Virus record (IMG/VR): IMGVR_UViG_2622736592_000004
Coordinates: 32,001 to 96,000 of that record
DNA: 64,000 nucleotides
Source of the DNA: a virus
Taxonomy: Duplodnaviria > Caudoviricetes
Reading direction: 5' to 3' (one strand)
A model generated the notes under the pieces. It searched no databases. It worked only from the letters and a program-made list of their open reading frames with translations, and was not told the origin of the DNA. Position numbers and translations under genes: made by a program. This document shows, piece by piece, positions 63,065 through 64,000 of this stretch. The stretch's first letter is position 1, and each line of letters starts with the position of its first letter.

Positions 63065-64000
63065 CAGGCACCCACCGCCACACGCTCGGCCGGGAACTCG
63101 TCCCAGGTGCGCTCGTCTAGAAGCCGGCCGGCGCGCTTCTTGCCCATCCGCCACGGCTCGTCCCGGTCCCACGCCCCCGTGCCGTGCGCGATGTCCCAGT
63201 CCATGAACGTGCCCTCGGGCATCTGCGACGGCGGAACGTGGTCGCCCCACTGCTTGAAGAAGAACGCCGTTCCCGACTCCTGGCACTGGTCGCGCAGGTC
63301 CCGCACCCAAGCCGGGCTCATCGGCCGGGCACCCGGGCCGGACTCGCCGCCGGCGATGACCCAGTCGATGCGGGGCAGGTCGGTCAGGCGGTCCCTGTAC
63401 TCCTCGGCGGGGTTGCCGACAGCCGGCCACCACTCTCCGGTGAGCGGGTTGTGGACTCCCGCGAATCCCTGCCGGGACGGCGGTGCCCAGTTGGACTGCT
63501 CCAGGTCGACGGGGCCGAGCAGGGGCTCCATCGACAGGAACCGCACGGCGGCCGGGGTGTCGAGCAGCGCGGGGATGCGCCGGTCGGCGGTCGCCTGGTC
63601 CTCGACGCTCGTGCCGAGCCACACGTTCGGCAGCGGCCACGGCGCGGCGGCGATTGCCTGCGCGGTAATCGCGTCCTGCTCGGTCAGCGGCGGGCGTCCC
63701 GGAATCACGGAGCCGACGACACGGGCCATGCGCTCGGGCCGCTTGGTGAGGATCTGGTAGGTGTGCTGCGGGGTAGCGGCCATGACCGCGAAGACGCGAG
63801 CGACGAACTCGGCGGGCACCCGGGCGTGGAACAGGTCCGACATCGAGTTGACGAACACGGTGCGCGGCTTGCGCCACGTCAGCGGCAGCCGCAGCGCGTC
63901 GGCGTGGACGGCCACGCCGAAGCCGGGGCCGGAGGTGCGCGGGTCGCCGTCGGTCTGGTACTTCGCCGAGCCCATCGCCTTGAGGCGCTTGGCGAGGGTG
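63064..64000 (-). CDS. Gp37/Gp68 (DUF5131)-family protein (5' partial)
   Basis: VFVNSMSDLFH, QILTKRP, RFLSMEPLLG, WVIAGGESG, FFFKQWG. Confidence 0.9.
   Translation of the reverse strand, partial: TLAKRLKAMGSAKYQTDGDPRTSGPGFGVAVHADALRLPLTWRKPRTVFVNSMSDLFHARVPAEFVARVFAVMAATPQHTYQILTKRPERMARVVGSVIPGRPPLTEQDAITAQAIAAAPWPLPNVWLGTSVEDQATADRRIPALLDTPAAVRFLSMEPLLGPVDLEQSNWAPPSRQGFAGVHNPLTGEWWPAVGNPAEEYRDRLTDLPRIDWVIAGGESGPGARPMSPAWVRDLRDQCQESGTAFFFKQWGDHVPPSQMPEGTFMDWDIAHGTGAWDRDEPWRMGKKRAGRLLDERTWDEFPAERVAVGA

Larger units (their letters stand above)
1..64000. mobile_element. Temperate siphovirus-like element (prophage or phage-plasmid) with TraB-type conjugation module; both ends outside window
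   Basis: Complete ordered head-tail-lysis cluster, replication genes and FtsK/TraB gene; no host housekeeping context seen. Confidence 0.9.

Overview
High-GC actinobacterial sequence; the DnaN-like gene and gene families point to Micromonosporaceae (inference). It is most of a temperate siphovirus-type element that runs off both ends. From the right, on the minus strand: early/replication genes (Gp37/Gp68-like, WhiB, an IS200/IS605-type tnpB insertion, DnaN, a DEAD/HA helicase, replication initiator, DnaB, many small ORFs). Next come terminase, portal-MuF, a protease/2H-phosphoesterase/scaffold polyprotein, capsid, an unusual five-gene putative fibre/appendage module, neck and tail genes, and lysis genes. 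An accessory region (5.1-13.1 kb) consists of small, apparently self-regulated cassettes bounded by related hairpins. At the left end, on the plus strand, is an actinomycete-type conjugation module: a TraB/FtsK translocase coupled to a membrane-anchored GIY-YIG nuclease. The element looks like a conjugative phage (phage-plasmid or phage-AICE hybrid). No integrase, tRNA, rRNA, CRISPR array or reverse transcriptase was seen. All family calls come from motif recognition by eye, not from database searches.
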